This document shows positions 1 through 17,630 of a DNA stretch of 64,000 bases, piece by piece. The stretch lies in the NCBI RefSeq assembly GCF_009914755.1, contig NC_060934.1; one strand, given 5' to 3'. Source of the stretch: the human T2T-CHM13v2.0 reference genome, Homo sapiens. The position numbers and the translations under genes were made by a program. The notes beneath the pieces are model-generated. The model ran no database searches, was not told the origin of the DNA, and saw only the letters and a program-made list of their open reading frames with translations. Within the stretch, counting starts at the first letter, position 1. Every line of letters starts with the position of its first letter.

Positions 1-30
1 TGGTAGCTGGGTGCAGACGCCGTGGCGCTG
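1..30 (+). other. PDCD11: PDCD11 non-coding exon 1 (3' part)
   Basis: GC-rich start with a strong donor CTG|GTGAGT at 31; the next acceptor (AG 1713-1714) opens the ATG exon. Confidence 0.75.
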
Positions 31-563
31 GTGAGTAAAGGCAGAGGCGAAAAAGGAGGAAACCTCATGGCTGTCAGGTCTGTCCCAGGCCTGGTTCCCT
101 GCCAGGCACACGCTAGATGAGTGTGGTTCGGCCACCTTAGCCCCGCTTCGAAGCCGGCTCTGTTGTAGCAGCCCCTGTAACCCCAGGCTTTGTGTTCGGA
201 AAGTAGCCTAAGTATCTTCTGTGCCCCTGGATCGCCTTACTTTTCAGAGCCTCAGTTTCCCCTTGCTTGAAAGGAAATTAAGGGTGAAATTATCAGCAAA
301 CTAGACCCCCCAAACTTTCCTGTTTCTATGAATCATATACCCATCCCTGATTCCATATCCTTGGCCCCACCCGGTCATCACTTCTTTAGTCTAAAGCCCT
401 TGTAGAGTCTTATTACCAAGTGTCTGTCAGAACTAACCTCTCCTGTCTTCTGTTTTCACTTATACCCAGTTCTGGTTCTCATGGTTTCTCTGCTGTACTG
501 CATTTGAATCCTTTTTTTTTTTTTTTTTTCTGTCACTGAGATAACAGGAAACAGTGCATTTGA

Positions 564-1032
<469 letters not shown>

Positions 1033-1725
1033 TTCTTTAAAATTTAACTTCAATTTTTATGCTTTAATCTCCCAGTGGTCTAGTTGAATAATTCTTCAGA
1101 GACAACAGCAAGCCTTTGAGCAGTTGTTTGATAGGGAAATTGCTGGTGTTTATTGAAATAATAGGCTTTTCCCATCCATGTCTTTTCTCACATTCCCTTT
1201 CTACCTGTCAAGCTTCTGTTCATCTTTTACCCTTAAGCTAAAAAAGATCTTCTTTATGAAGCTTGCCTCCTTTACTTATCCCTTCCTACATTGCCTTATC
1301 CCTTCCTACATCTTTGTGATCATTTATAATCTGATTTGCATTTTAAGTTACTTGCATAATTGTTTTATCTTCCAAAAAGTGTGCATGTTCTTTGAAGGCA
1401 GAGGATTATATATTCATCTGTAGAGCTACAGTGTATCTCTGACTTAACTGTAGCTTCTTAGTGAGTATGTGCTACATTGAATCTATAACTTCTTTTTCTG
1501 GAAGAAGGTGGGTGGACTTGTGGTTTTGAAGCAGAGACCTTTGGAAAGATGAAGTATGGATTATTCCGGGCCTGACATCTAAACCATCTATGTTGTAGTC
1601 CTGAATGTTGTCTAGCATATTGCTGGAACGTTCTGTCTCTTGCCCGTTGATAACACCTTTCTGAAATCTGCTACCAAGACAACATGTCACCATTATCCTT
1701 TGCATTGTTTTTAGGAGACCCAAAC

Positions 1726-1827
1726 ATGGCAAACCTGGAAGAAAGCTTCCCCCGAGGAGGTACAAGAAAGATCCACAAACCAGAGAAAGCTTTCCAGCAG
1801 TCAGTTGAACAAGACAACTTATTTGAT
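1726..1827 (+). CDS. PDCD11: PDCD11 exon 2 coding part (exon starts 1715); aa 1-34
   Basis: ttttag|GAGACCCAAAC ATG G; [34 protein letters not shown]; donor GAT|gtaagt. Confidence 0.93.
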
Positions 1828-2035
1828 GTAAGTAGTATGCTTGTTTGGTGACACTCACTGGAAACTTTTACTGTAGTGTCTTGTGAAAAATGAGCCTTAT
1901 TTGAGAATGTGTTATTTTTCCAGATTTTTTTTGCATTGAAGTCTACTTCTATAAATTTAACTCATTTAGAGAGGCCATACCACCACAAGGCTGTATCTTT
2001 TGAAGCTTGGCATTTAGTATTAAAGTACTGTTATT

Positions 2036-2340
2036 AGCTGGGCGTAGTGGCTCATGCCTGTAATCCCAGCAGTTTGGGAAGCCGAGGCAGGCGGATCACT
2101 TGAGGCTAGGAATTCAAGAGCAGCCTGGCCAACATGGTGAAACCCCGTCTATACTAATACCAAAACTAGCTGGGCATGGTGGTATACCTGTAGTCCTAGC
2201 TACTTGGGAGGCTGAGGCATGAGAATTGCTTGAACCAAGAAGGTGGAGGTTGCACTGACCCAATATTGTGCCACTGCTCTCCTGCCTGGGCGACAGAGTG
2301 AGACTCTGTCTCAAAAAACACACAAACAAAATAAATAAAG
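2036..2340 (+). mobile_element. AluS
   Basis: Full Alu with A-rich tail. Confidence 0.9.
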
Positions 2341-2406
2341 TGCTGTTCCTTGTTCTTAGACACTCTTTGCCATGTGCCATGTTGATTAAGGATGGAGAGG
2401 AAGCAG

Positions 2407-2808
2407 TTTTTTTTTTTTTTTTTTTTTTGAGACGAAGTCTTACTCTGTTGCCCATGCTGAAGTGCAGTGGCGTGAGTAGCTGGGATTACAGGTGCCTGCT
2501 ACCATACCTGACTAATTTTTGTATTTTTGTTAGAGATGGGGTTTCACCATGTTGGCCAGGCTGGTCTGAAACTCCTGACCTCAGATGATCTGCTCACCTT
2601 GACCTCCCAAAGTGCTGGGATGGCAGGTGTGAGCCACTGCACCCAGCTGATGTTTTTGTTATTTTTGTTGTTGTTTTTTCAAGAGATGGGGAGAGATGAT
2701 GTTTCACTCTGTTACTCAGGCTGGACTTAAACTCCTGGGCTCAGTCGATCCTCCCTCCTTAGCCTCCTGAGTAACTGGAACAACAGGCATGTTCCACTGT
2801 GTCTGACT
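2407..2808 (-). mobile_element. Alu with internal deletion in right arm (2407-2648) plus FLAM/monomer (2655-2808)
   Basis: Alu consensus jumps from agtggcgtga to gtagctggg. Confidence 0.8.
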
Positions 2809-3009
2809 GATCATTGCATTTTTACAGGGGTTCCTTGCCACATGTAATGGTCAGAATTTGCATTAGACTTCACAGTCTCACCTAGACTAGGCTGTGCTCC
2901 AAATGCTTGGGGAAAGGGAACTAACATTTGAGTGTGTGGCTTTAGGTCTGTATTATGTAATCTTTTCAACTGTACTGTGAAGCACTGATTGCAATTCCAT
3001 GATGAGGAA

Positions 3010-3287
3010 CAGTGTCTTGCTCTGTCGCCCAGGCTGAAGTGCAGTGTTGTGATCTCAGCTCACTGCAACCTCCACTTCTTGGTTCAAGCAATTCTCCTGT
3101 ATCAGCCTCCCGAGTACCTGGGACTATAGGTGCGTGCTGCCATGCTCGGCTTAATTTTTTTGTATTTTTAGTGGAAAAAAAAATACAGCCTGTTGGCCAG
3201 GCTGGTCTTGAACTCCTAATCTCAAGTGATCTTCCCGCCTTGGCCTCCCAAAGTGTTGGGATTACTGGTGTGAGCCACTGTGCCTGG
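3010..3287 (-). mobile_element. Alu
   Basis: Alu consensus. Confidence 0.88.
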
Positions 3288-3695
3288 ATTTTATATAATT
3301 TAGCTGAAACCACATAGCTTGTTATGGTGGAAAAGATGAGAATTTAACTTGGGTCTGTGTAACTCTGGTGTCCATTTTCATGCACTATTCTACATTGCTT
3401 CTCAAACTGGGGAACCCAGTGTTCATCCCAGTCAAGAGAGGGAGAACACAAGAGAGAAGAGACTTTGGGAACATGAAGGAGGCTTCTCAGACCTTGGGCA
3501 GAGGGAACATTGGCGGCCCCCCCCCCCTTTTTTTTTTTTTTAAGCAAGAATTAAAGGAACAATTGGGAGTGGGATGGGGTAGGGTGGAGTGAAGGAGTAA
3601 CAAAGCAAGGTGAGTGATGACCTGAAATAGGAGGGAAAACTCAGATTGCTTCTTATTCTTTTGGGTCTTTGTGGGCTCCCCCTACCCGCTTCTAG

Positions 3696-3827
3696 ATTTC
3701 TACTGAAGAGGGATCCACCAAAAGAAAAAAGAGCCAGAAGGGGCCAGCAAAAACAAAAAAGTTGAAAATCGAAAAGAGAGAAAGCAGCAAGTCCGCAAGA
3801 GAGAAGTTTGAAATCCTTAGTGTTGAG
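3696..3827 (+). CDS. PDCD11: PDCD11 exon 3
   Basis: tctag|ATT...GAG|gtttgt; 132 nt; Lys-rich [15 protein letters not shown]...LSVE. Confidence 0.9.
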
Positions 3828-4049
3828 GTTTGTTAAAGTTGGTTTTCATTTAAACAATCGACCTTGGTTGCTTAAGTTTGTGTATGTTCTTTTTTTCTTC
3901 TTTCCTTCTTTTTTCCCTTAATTCCATTTTCCCCTTAATATATTATATTTCATGCGTGTGTGTGTAGAGATGCTTGGAATTTATGCTAAGGAGTAAGCAT
4001 GATTTCCTTCCATTGCTAACCGATGCCAGGAATCTTTTCTTTTTCTTTG

Positions 4050-4355
4050 TATTTATTTATTATTTTCCAGAGACAGGCCTGACTCTGTTGCTCAGGCTGG
4101 AATGCAGGCATGATCATAGCTCACTTTAGTCTTGAACTCCTGGGCTCAAGCAATCTTCCTGCCTCAGCTTCTCCTGAGAAATTGGGACTACTAAAGGTGT
4201 GTGTCACCATGCCCAGCTAATTTTTAAATCTTTTGTAGGGCTTGGATCTTGCTATTTTGCCCAGGTTGGTCTCGAACTCCTGTGCTCAAGCAATCCTCCT
4301 GCCTCAACCTCCCGAAGTGTTGGGATTATAGACATGAGCTACCCACCGTGCCTGC
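4050..4355 (-). mobile_element. AluJ-like
   Basis: Diverged Alu. Confidence 0.85.
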
Positions 4356-4554
4356 CCCCTTTTTTTCCTTTAAAGCTGTCGTGGGCTTGTTTGTGTCCTC
4401 ACAGGACTTGAGTTCTGATATATTCAGAGGTTAGAATGGACAGTAACTTTAGCAGTCATTCTCATCTTACCCATTCATTTCATAGATGTGAAACCCATTT
4501 CCAAGAATTGAAGTGGTCTGTGTTCCTTACATTTTTATTTTTTATTTTTTAATT

Positions 4555-4868
4555 TTGAAATTATTTTATTTTATTTATTTATTTATTTTGAGACGGAATC
4601 TCTCTCTGTTGCGCAGTCTGGAGTGCAGTGATGTGATCTCAGCTCACTGCAACCTCTGCCTCCCGGGTTCAAGCGATTCTCCTGCCTCAGCCTCCTGAGT
4701 AGCTGGGATTACAGGTGTCTCACCACGCCTGGCTAATTTTTGTATTTTTAATAGAGACGGGGTTTCACCATGTTGGTCAGGCTGGTCTGGAACTCCTGAC
4801 CTCGTGATCTGCCTGCCTTGGCCTCCCAAAGTGCTGGAATCACAGGCGTGAGCCACCGCGGCCAGCCT
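4555..4868 (-). mobile_element. AluS
   Basis: Alu consensus with (TTTA)n tail. Confidence 0.9.
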
Positions 4869-5040
4869 GCCTTACATTTTTAGATGATAACACCAATATG
4901 TGTTAGTTATAAAAAAGAAAAGAAGTTAAATAACTTTGAAGAGGAACATTCATATTTGGCTAGATTCAGAGTCAATATTTTGTCCTATATGATACTTTAA
5001 AAAAATTGTTAGACTTGGTGCCAACATTAGAAAACTAAAA

Positions 5041-5428
<388 letters not shown>

Positions 5429-5717
5429 TCATGTTTGTAATGACAAGGAGCTGAGTAGTGGTTGTGTCCTTTAGACCTGGCATGGTCACTCCAGACTGCC
5501 ATTGTCTCCACTAGCTGGCTTCCTTCATTGTGTTGTCTGCCAGGCATTTGAGTTTGGGTTGCTCAGAATAATGTAAAAGGCAAAGGTGTCCTCCAGTATC
5601 CCAGTGCTGTTAACACTGTTGTATAATCTAGACCTTTTACAGTGCTCGGTCAGATATTTGAGAAGTTCACTGATATGTACACGTGTGTATTTCTTTTCAT
5701 TTATAAAATTCCTGTAG

Positions 5718-6320
<603 letters not shown>

Positions 6321-6416
6321 TTATAGCTTTTAAATTGACACTAGAAGCCAGACCTTCCAACCTTCCCTATTGTTGTTCCCATCCTTATTGTACACATTTC
6401 ACTTTTTCTCTTCTAG

Positions 6417-6584
6417 TCCCTGTGTGAGGGAATGCGTATTTTGGGTTGCGTGAAAGAGGTGAATGAACTGGAACTGGTGATTAGTCTCCCCAATGGCCTC
6501 CAGGGCTTTGTGCAAGTCACTGAAATCTGTGATGCCTACACCAAAAAGCTGAATGAGCAGGTGACACAAGAACAACCTCTGAAG
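6417..6584 (+). CDS. PDCD11: PDCD11 exon 4
   Basis: ttctag|TCC...AAG|gtaagg; 168 nt; [20 protein letters not shown] (S1 repeat). Confidence 0.93.
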
Positions 6585-6639
6585 GTAAGGGAAATCCGAA
6601 TGAAGCCTGTTATTGAAAATAAGTGGAACACAAATAGAT

Positions 6640-8090
6640 TTAAAATTACAACTTTGCCAGGTGCTAAGAAGGGAAAGTACAAGGTCCCGTGAGAGTTTAT
6701 CATAAAGGAATTTTTGACTAAGTCTGGGAGCCTGGAAGACTGTTGAGGAAGGGATGCTTAAGCTGAGATCTAAAGAATGAGGGTTCCCTAGATAAAGAAG
6801 GAAAGGCGTTCAGGCAGAAGCAATGTAATATATAACAGAGAGAAGGCTAGTATGGCTAGGTAAGGAGAGCAAGAGAGAGTGTGATGTGAGATGGGCAGGA
6901 GAGCCTGAATGGGGGCCAGGGCACATGCAGCCTTGTAGACCATTTTAAGGGTTGTTTTTAAATTCTAGAATCAATGGGAAGTCCTTGAAATGTTCTCACT
7001 GGGGTACAGCATAACGTGTAGATTGAAGAGGCATGAGAAGTTGCTTAGAGACAAGTTAGGAGGCTCTTGTAGTCGTTCACGTCCTGAGATTGATGGTGAC
7101 CTGGGTTCAGGATTTCCTGAGGACTGAGGAGGCAAAGTCATTGCTTGGTGATAGATTCAATATGGGTGGTGGGGCAGATAGAGGTGTCAGGGCTGAGTTC
7201 TAGGTTTCTGTTTTGCATGATTTGATGCTTGGTCATGACATCCTGAGATAGGAAACCCTGAAGGGGACCTGGATTGGGAGAGATGATCATGATTTTTCAG
7301 TTTTTGAGACAGAGTCTCACTCTGTTGCCCAGGCTGGAGTGCAGTGGCATGATCTCAGCTCACTGAAACCTCCATCTCCTGGGTTCAAGTGATTCTCCTG
7401 CCTCAGCCTCCCCAGTAGCTGGGATTACAGGTGCCAGCCACCACACCCAGCTAATTTTTGTATTTTCGGTAGAGACAGGGCTTCACCATGTTGGCCAGGC
7501 TGGTCTCTAACTCCTGACCTCAAATGATCCACCCGCCTCGGCCTCCCAGAGTGTTGGGATTATAGGTGTGAGCCATCATGCCTGACCTATGATTTTTGTT
7601 TGTTTGTTTGTTTTTGAGATGGAGTCTCACTCTTTAGCCCAGGCTGGAGTGCAGTGACATGATCTCAGCTCACTGCAACCTCCAGCTCCCAGATTCAAGC
7701 AATTCTCCTGCCTCAGCCTCCTGAGTAGCTGGGATTACAGGCAGATGTCACCACACCCAGCTAATTTTTGTATTTTTAGTAGAGACAGGGTTTTACCATG
7801 TTGGCCAGGCTGGTCTCAAACTCCTGACGTCAGGTGATCTGCCCGCCTTGGCCTCCCTAAGTGCTGGGATTACAGGCATGAGCCACCACACCCGACCCTC
7901 AAGTGCTTTTTAATGGTCATGTAAGAGATAGACTGCAAAACTGACCACTGGATTTAACAATATGGAACTCATTGGTGATTCTATGGGAGATAGAGTGGTG
8001 GAGTGAGAGGGGTGGAAAGCAGATTGCAGTGAGCCGAAGAATGAGTAAGGGATGAAGTAGAGGCAGAAAGTGTAGACAACTCTTTTGACA
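6640..8090 (-). mobile_element. Old L2-like remnant interrupted by two antisense Alus (7300-7587, 7593-7897)
   Basis: Purine-rich L2-like text (gccttgtagaccattttaagg, ccactggatttaacaatatgg); the Alus are clear, the L2 call is less certain. Confidence 0.6.
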
Positions 8091-8320
8091 AGTCATTTTA
8101 CATGCCAGTTATGTGGAAATATTTGAAGGCCTTATGCTGAAATTCAAGACTGTGGCTAGGCCACAGACCCAACTTCCTTTGTGGATGGGGGGTTATTCCT
8201 CACCCACCTTTTGGGTTCTCTGGGGTCTGAGGATGAGAAGTCACTGAGCCAAAGCTGGGTAATGGATTTTTGGTTCAGGAGAAGGGTGTATATCAGGTCT
8301 TTCTCATTTGTGTTATGCAG

Positions 8321-8482
8321 GACCTACTTCACTTGCCTGAACTTTTCTCACCTGGAATGCTGGTAAGATGTGTGGTGAGCAGTCTGGGCATCACAGACAG
8401 GGGCAAGAAGAGTGTCAAGCTGTCTCTGAACCCCAAAAATGTCAACAGAGTGCTGAGTGCTGAGGCCCTGAAGCCTGGCATG
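8321..8482 (+). CDS. PDCD11: PDCD11 exon 5
   Basis: tgcag|GAC...ATG|gtaggt; 162 nt. Confidence 0.93.
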
Positions 8483-8705
8483 GTAGGTGTCTAGGGTCGG
8501 GGAGGAAGAGTGGCAATGTGCCTTCTCTCTGCCTCTGAGGGAGCGTGGTCTAGGCCACCTTTTACTTTCAGCTCAATTGTGACACATAGGAGTGGTTCTT
8601 TTTCTGGAAGGAAGGTCTCTTGGGTTCTTTGGGCACTTAATGGACATTGAAGACTTGAACCTAATCATTACATTGGAGAAGAGAAAAGAGAAAGCAAGTC
8701 CAAAT

Positions 8706-9161
<456 letters not shown>

Positions 9162-9284
9162 TAATGTGGGAGTGGGATAGTGGCAGAGTGTGAGCTTAGT
9201 GGCAGGAACATTCAAGTTTGGATGTTTTGTGTGTGTCCCATTACCTTTGAATTGGAACTTCTGGGACTACTTTCTCTTCCCCAG

Positions 9285-9408
9285 CTACTTACAGGTACCG
9301 TATCCAGCCTGGAAGACCATGGCTACCTAGTGGACATTGGTGTTGATGGGACCAGAGCTTTTCTGCCACTGCTGAAAGCCCAGGAGTACATCAGACAGAA
9401 GAACAAAG
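9285..9408 (+). CDS. PDCD11: PDCD11 exon 6
   Basis: cccag|CTA...AAAG|gtgagg; 124 nt; [19 protein letters not shown]. Confidence 0.93.
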
Positions 9409-9908
9409 GTGAGGGCAAGAAAAGGGGCCAGTACATGGTGGTGAGGTGGTACATGTGGGGATTATATTTAAGTGCCATTTTGATGAGTAACATGACAGAA
9501 TGGTGACCCTGAAGGTGCTGTGGCTTTGGTAAAACCAGCACTTAATCCTAGTTAATAGGAAAGGAAAGATGTATGAAGGGCCAGCGAGTGGTAAGGTCTC
9601 ACTAAGATCTGATGGAACAGTGTCAGTTTTTCTAACCTGGAAGATTCCACTGCAATTAGGGCCCCCATGGCTTCTGAACCAGCAGTCTCCTGGCTTGTGT
9701 ATTTTTGTGTGGTAATTGAATTCCAGATCAATTAGGATAACTTCGTTTCCTTCTTGTAGTTGGCCCCTTAAAGATTGGGAATTTGGGGAGTAACTGATGC
9801 TAACTGGGCAGGTAGGCCATGGGTCTTTTCAGGTATTACTTGGGCCCACGTTAAAAGTCCTTCTCATAGATACATTTTTCCTTTTGGGGCCTGGGTCTGG
9901 GCTTACAG

Positions 9909-10090
9909 GTGCTAAACTAAAGGTGGGTCAGTACCTGAACTGCATTGTTGAAAAGGTGAAAGGCAACGGAGGAGTTGTTAGTCTGTCTGTTGGTCACTCA
10001 GAGGTTTCTACGGCCATTGCTACTGAACAGCAGAGCTGGAACCTTAATAACTTGCTACCAGGACTGGTGGTCAAAGCTCAGGTACAGAAG
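9909..10090 (+). CDS. PDCD11: PDCD11 exon 7
   Basis: tacag|GT GCT...AAG|gtaagc; 182 nt. Confidence 0.92.
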
Positions 10091-10167
10091 GTAAGCTGTT
10101 ATGCTACTACTACTTTTTAAAATAAAAATAATTCTTTTCAAAATATTAAATGCATAAAGTCTAAAAC

Positions 10168-10385
10168 TACTGTCTGATAAAGGTAGTCACTAGTCACTTA
10201 CGCCCATTGAGCATTTCAAATGTGGCCAGTGCCACATGTTGAAATGATAATATTTTGGATATATTAGGTTAAAAAACTATACTAAAAAGTCTTTTGTTTC
10301 TTTGTAGTTTCTAAAATGTGACTGCTAGAAAACTTAAAATTACTTGTGTGACTGACATTGTATTTCTGTTGGACAGTGCTGATCT
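10168..10385. mobile_element. MER3/MER33-like hAT-Charlie DNA transposon remnant
   Basis: aaatgtggccagtg...aaatgtgactgctag...ttggacagtgct. Confidence 0.6.
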
Positions 10386-10610
10386 GAAAGGTCAAATGGA
10401 ATTAAAAGGTTTATAATGAAGAACTTATCCGTCATAACCCCCATCTTTAACTCTTTTAGCTTATCTTTTGAAATTTCTCTCCATATTTTTGAGTAATAAG
10501 CTTCTGCTGGTATCTCTTGATTTTTCCATCTTAGGCATTGAGTTTTAACTTTTTATCAAGGTAGAAAAGATTTTGGTCTCTCTTTTTTTAATTAAAAAAT
10601 ATATATATTT

Positions 10611-11469
<859 letters not shown>

Positions 11470-11834
11470 TAAACTACTAGTTTCTTTTTCCTCCCACCTA
11501 GAACCCTTTTTAATGTCCTTGTGCTCTAGGATGGACTAGTTGCTCTGTAGGGCTCCTGCATAGCCGGTATCCTAGGACTTCCCTTCTGCTGTCTCCTCTG
11601 TCTGTATTGGAGCCTTCTTTGGTCCCATGTATTCTTCTTTTTGGGTTTACTCCCTCGTTTTAGTGTGGTACATTATCCAGAAGCATCCTGGGAGAGCCTC
11701 TCAACTTTAACTTCCAATTCTCTAGGAAGTTTTTGTTTAGATTGCCATATGATGAGTGAGGTACTAAAAAACTGTGAGCAAGTCTATGTGCCTGTGTGGG
11801 ATTGTTGACTGTTTTTTTAATTTTTAAAATTTTT

Positions 11835-12138
<304 letters not shown>

Positions 12139-12998
12139 TTCTTGTTGACCGTTTAACTTTCCTGTCAGGAACAGGACTAGCAGATTTAATTTGGGCAACC
12201 TCCTAATGTGATTGTTATAGGTCTTCTCTGGCATGTTAGATTTCTCTAGAAAGGATCTGGCAATCTCCACCCACGAGGGTCTAAGCCTGGCTGCCCGAGA
12301 ATGAGTACGAGAAAGGGGCTGGATATTTACATGATATTTAGAATTTAATTGACATAAGAATATTTACATGATATTTAGAATTTAATTGACATTTTCAGAA
12401 TTTGCACTTTTCCTGTTTTTTGATTCTGGTAACAGTTTTCCCAGAGAATAGGTTTAGTATTTTCCGGGAAGGTAAGAGAGAGGTCTTAGTTCTCTGATTT
12501 CATTCATCTCCCTCACCACTATCTTTTGAGGGGATTGTTACTTTTCGCTTTTTGGTGACTCCATAAGGGTGACTTGGCTTGCTTGTGGTCAGTATCTCCC
12601 TTTTGCAAGCCCTTTTTTTTTTAACCTTTTTTTTTTACCTTCCTATACTGGGAAAATATCTAAGTTAGTAACAATCTATTCCAGTTGTCAGGCTGGCAGT
12701 TCCCCAAGGATACATATACAAAGCTTCTTCCATTCCATGGAGGACTCCCAGAGAGTGGGAGGATTGATGTCCTCTCTTAGCTGGAAGGGAGGTGAGCCTA
12801 CTAAGGAAAGAAACAGCCAGTGCAGGAATTGTTCTGCCAGTTATTTGTATAGGAAGAAAAGATTGTTAAGAGTTACCTGGGAGAGGAGAGATACACAGTT
12901 AGGGATACTATGGCATTGAGTGTTTACTGTGAGCAATGTCTCACATTCCTGGTTCTTTCAAAGAACTTTTTTTTATAACTTGTTCTGTTTATTTCTAG

Positions 12999-13106
12999 GT
13001 GACTCCATTTGGCCTTACGCTAAACTTCCTCACATTCTTCACGGGCGTGGTTGACTTTATGCACCTGGATCCCAAGAAAGCTGGAACATATTTCTCAAAT
13101 CAGGCA
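12999..13106 (+). CDS. PDCD11: PDCD11 exon 8
   Basis: tctag|GTG ACT...GCA|gtaaga; 108 nt; [24 protein letters not shown]. Confidence 0.9.
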
Positions 13107-13253
13107 GTAAGAAATGTTGAGCCTATATTTTCTTGATTCCAGTTGTGGTCCATTTGCTGTCCAGTATCACAGCTAGCTACAGGGAGGTCCTAGGACTGCA
13201 TGCATACAGGTGTGCAGAGAGGAGATGAGAGGAATAATGAAAAGTGTTATGGA

Positions 13254-13629
<376 letters not shown>

Positions 13630-13885
13630 TCAGTTTTTACTTCATAGTCTTCCATATAGTTTGATTTTTTTTTCCTTTGGTGGTAGTAGTATTTTTGTTT
13701 TTATAATTTAAAGTAGTTTAGAAGAATATTTAACATAGGAGAATAAGATACGTTTAAACAGCAAAAGGTGATTTTAAAAGTTGTATAGTATAGATCCAAC
13801 TTTGAAAAAAATTTTAAAAAGTACCTCTGGTTAAAATACTGGAATATTAGGCAATCAGGTGTTAATAGTGATGAATTCTGGGTGA

Positions 13886-14526
<641 letters not shown>

Positions 14527-14659
14527 TAAATATTCAAATTTCCTACAATGAACATGGATATTTGGGAAGAAAATCCTAATATATGTTATTCAGAATTTTT
14601 TAGAATTCTAAAATGATTTCTTACTTTTCTTTTTTTAAATAGTAATGTGTGCTATAGAT

Positions 14660-14988
14660 AATTTATTTATTTATTTATTTTTTGAGACAAGGTCACACAC
14701 TATTGCCCAGAGTGGAGTACAATGGCACAACCACGGTTAATTGCAACCTCAACCTCCTGGGTTCAGGCGATCCTTCCACCTCAGCCTCCTGAGTAGCTGG
14801 GACTACGGATGCATGCCACCACGCCCAGCTAATTTTTGCTATGTTTTATAGAGATGGGGTCTCGCTGTGTTGCTCAGGCTGGTCTTAAACACCTGGGCTC
14901 AAATGATCCTCCTGCCTAGGCCTCCTAAAGTGCTGGGATTAGCCTCCTAAAGTGCTGGGATTATAGGCTTCAGCCACTACAACTAGCT
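14660..14988 (-). mobile_element. AluJ-like containing a 22-bp tandem duplication
   Basis: Alu consensus. Confidence 0.85.
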
Positions 14989-15289
14989 GAGAATTTTTTT
15001 TTAAAGTGAAACTAGGATTTTCTACTACCTAGTGGTAATACTGTTAATATTTTCCTAAACCTCTTTTTAGTAATTTTTTTCACCCTATAAGCATTTGTGT
15101 ATAGAGTTGAGACATTTTACATCTTTTAATGTTATGATGAGATCAGGCTTTTTCTGTTAGTTTCAGAGGAGCCTTGGATGCAGTGACACCAGTACATGGT
15201 TTCTGTTGTATTACAGATACATCAGCTCCTTGGTGTTGAGGGGACACCTAGTATATAGTTTTCTGGCCTTGAGTAAACTTTCTGGCTAA

Positions 15290-16197
<908 letters not shown>

Positions 16198-16415
16198 TTG
16201 AGTAAGCTTTGATTTAGTCATACATAGTCCCTATGGGACATTTTGATTTTTCTGCATTCTGCTTGAGTGTGGAAGCCAGTTTGAGTACTTACATACTAAG
16301 GATGTGAGTACTCACATACCTGGTTAGCATGTGGAAAGGCTTGATGCCTGGAAGGTCTGCTCTAGGGTGCTCCTGTGTGCCTCCTCCTGCTCACCCTGCC
16401 CTTCCTTTTGTCTAG

Positions 16416-16622
16416 GTGAGGGCCTGCATCCTTTGCGTCCATCCTCGAACCAGAGTTGTGCACCTGAGCCTGCGCCCCATCTTCCTACAGCCTGGACGCC
16501 CACTCACCCGACTCTCTTGCCAGAACCTTGGAGCAGTGCTGGATGATGTTCCTGTCCAGGGTTTTTTCAAAAAGGCTGGGGCCACCTTTAGGCTGAAGGA
16601 TGGGGTTCTGGCCTATGCCCGG
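16416..16622 (+). CDS. PDCD11: PDCD11 exon 9
   Basis: tctag|GTG AGG...CGG|gtaagg; 207 nt. Confidence 0.92.
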
Positions 16623-16869
16623 GTAAGGAGGCCTCTTTGTTTGGTCAGGGATCTTATCACTGGAAGGACTTCTGGAGCACAGGGGGCCATTTCTGCTTCT
16701 TTCATTCCTTGATGCTAGTTTAAAATTTTTGGATATTGTAGTTCTAATTCCTGTTCATAGTGATTAGAACAATGTCTATTGACTGTATTAGGATGCCTTA
16801 GAACCAGCTTGCCATATCTGATACTTGGTTAATAGTTAAGTATAAGGATGAGTTAGGATCCAGACCAGG

Positions 16870-17070
16870 GCCCAGCAGAGTTTTTCTTAAAGGGCTATGT
16901 CATAAATACTTTAGGCTGTGGGCCCTGTGGTCTCTGTCCTAATTGTTCAACGCTGCTGTTATGGCATGAAAGCAGCCATAGACAGTACGTAAATGAACAG
17001 ATGGCTGTATTCCAATACAACTTCTATTTACAAAAACAGGCACTAGGCACAGTTGACTGACCTGTGTTCT
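16870..17070. mobile_element. MER58A-like hAT DNA transposon remnant
   Basis: aaagcagccatagaca...ggctgtattccaatacaact...tttacaaaaacagg. Confidence 0.65.
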
Positions 17071-17265
17071 GGACTTTCCCTGACCTTGCTGAAATTCTGT
17101 GATGATAAAGAGCAGTTTTTTAGTGTGAAGAATTACTTAACCAGGCAATCAAAGTACTGTTTTTATGGTACATGATAAGTGTTGAGTCCTCTCTATGGGC
17201 TGTAAGGTCTCATTGGCTCAGACCTGTTGTCCCTGGCTTATCCTCAATCACTTGGTACTTTGCAG

Positions 17266-17390
17266 CTCAGCCATCTCTCTGATTCTAAGAACGTCTTCAA
17301 TCCTGAGGCCTTCAAGCCAGGGAACACTCACAAGTGTAGAATTATTGACTACAGCCAAATGGATGAACTGGCCTTGCTCTCTCTACGAAC
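17266..17390 (+). CDS. PDCD11: PDCD11 exon 10
   Basis: tgcag|CTC AGC...AC|gtaagt; 125 nt. Confidence 0.9.
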
Positions 17391-17569
17391 GTAAGTCTGT
17401 CATTAACAGGTAGGGGTGTAGAGATGTGCACCTGTACATGTTCATATTCCATTTCTCCTGGCTGTGCTTGGGAAGGGTTTTCTTTCTTGCCAGCATGCCT
17501 GTGGTAGCCCTGAATTTTAGGCAACCTCTGCCCTAGTTTATTTAATTCTGTGTTTTCTCCTTGTCCTAG

Positions 17570-17630
17570 GTCTATTATTGAAGCTCAGTACCTTAGATAT
17601 CATGACATCGAACCTGGGGCAGTGGTAAAG
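17570..17630 (+). CDS. PDCD11: PDCD11 exon 11
   Basis: cctag|G TCT...AAG|gtaaga; 61 nt restores phase 0. Confidence 0.9.

Noticed and set aside
3517-3541. C11-T14 homopolymer junction
   Set aside because: Ordinary slippage-prone simple repeat
16302-16317. 16-bp perfect palindrome ATGTGAGTACTCACAT
   Set aside because: A single palindrome of this size is roughly expected by chance in 64 kb; no supporting context
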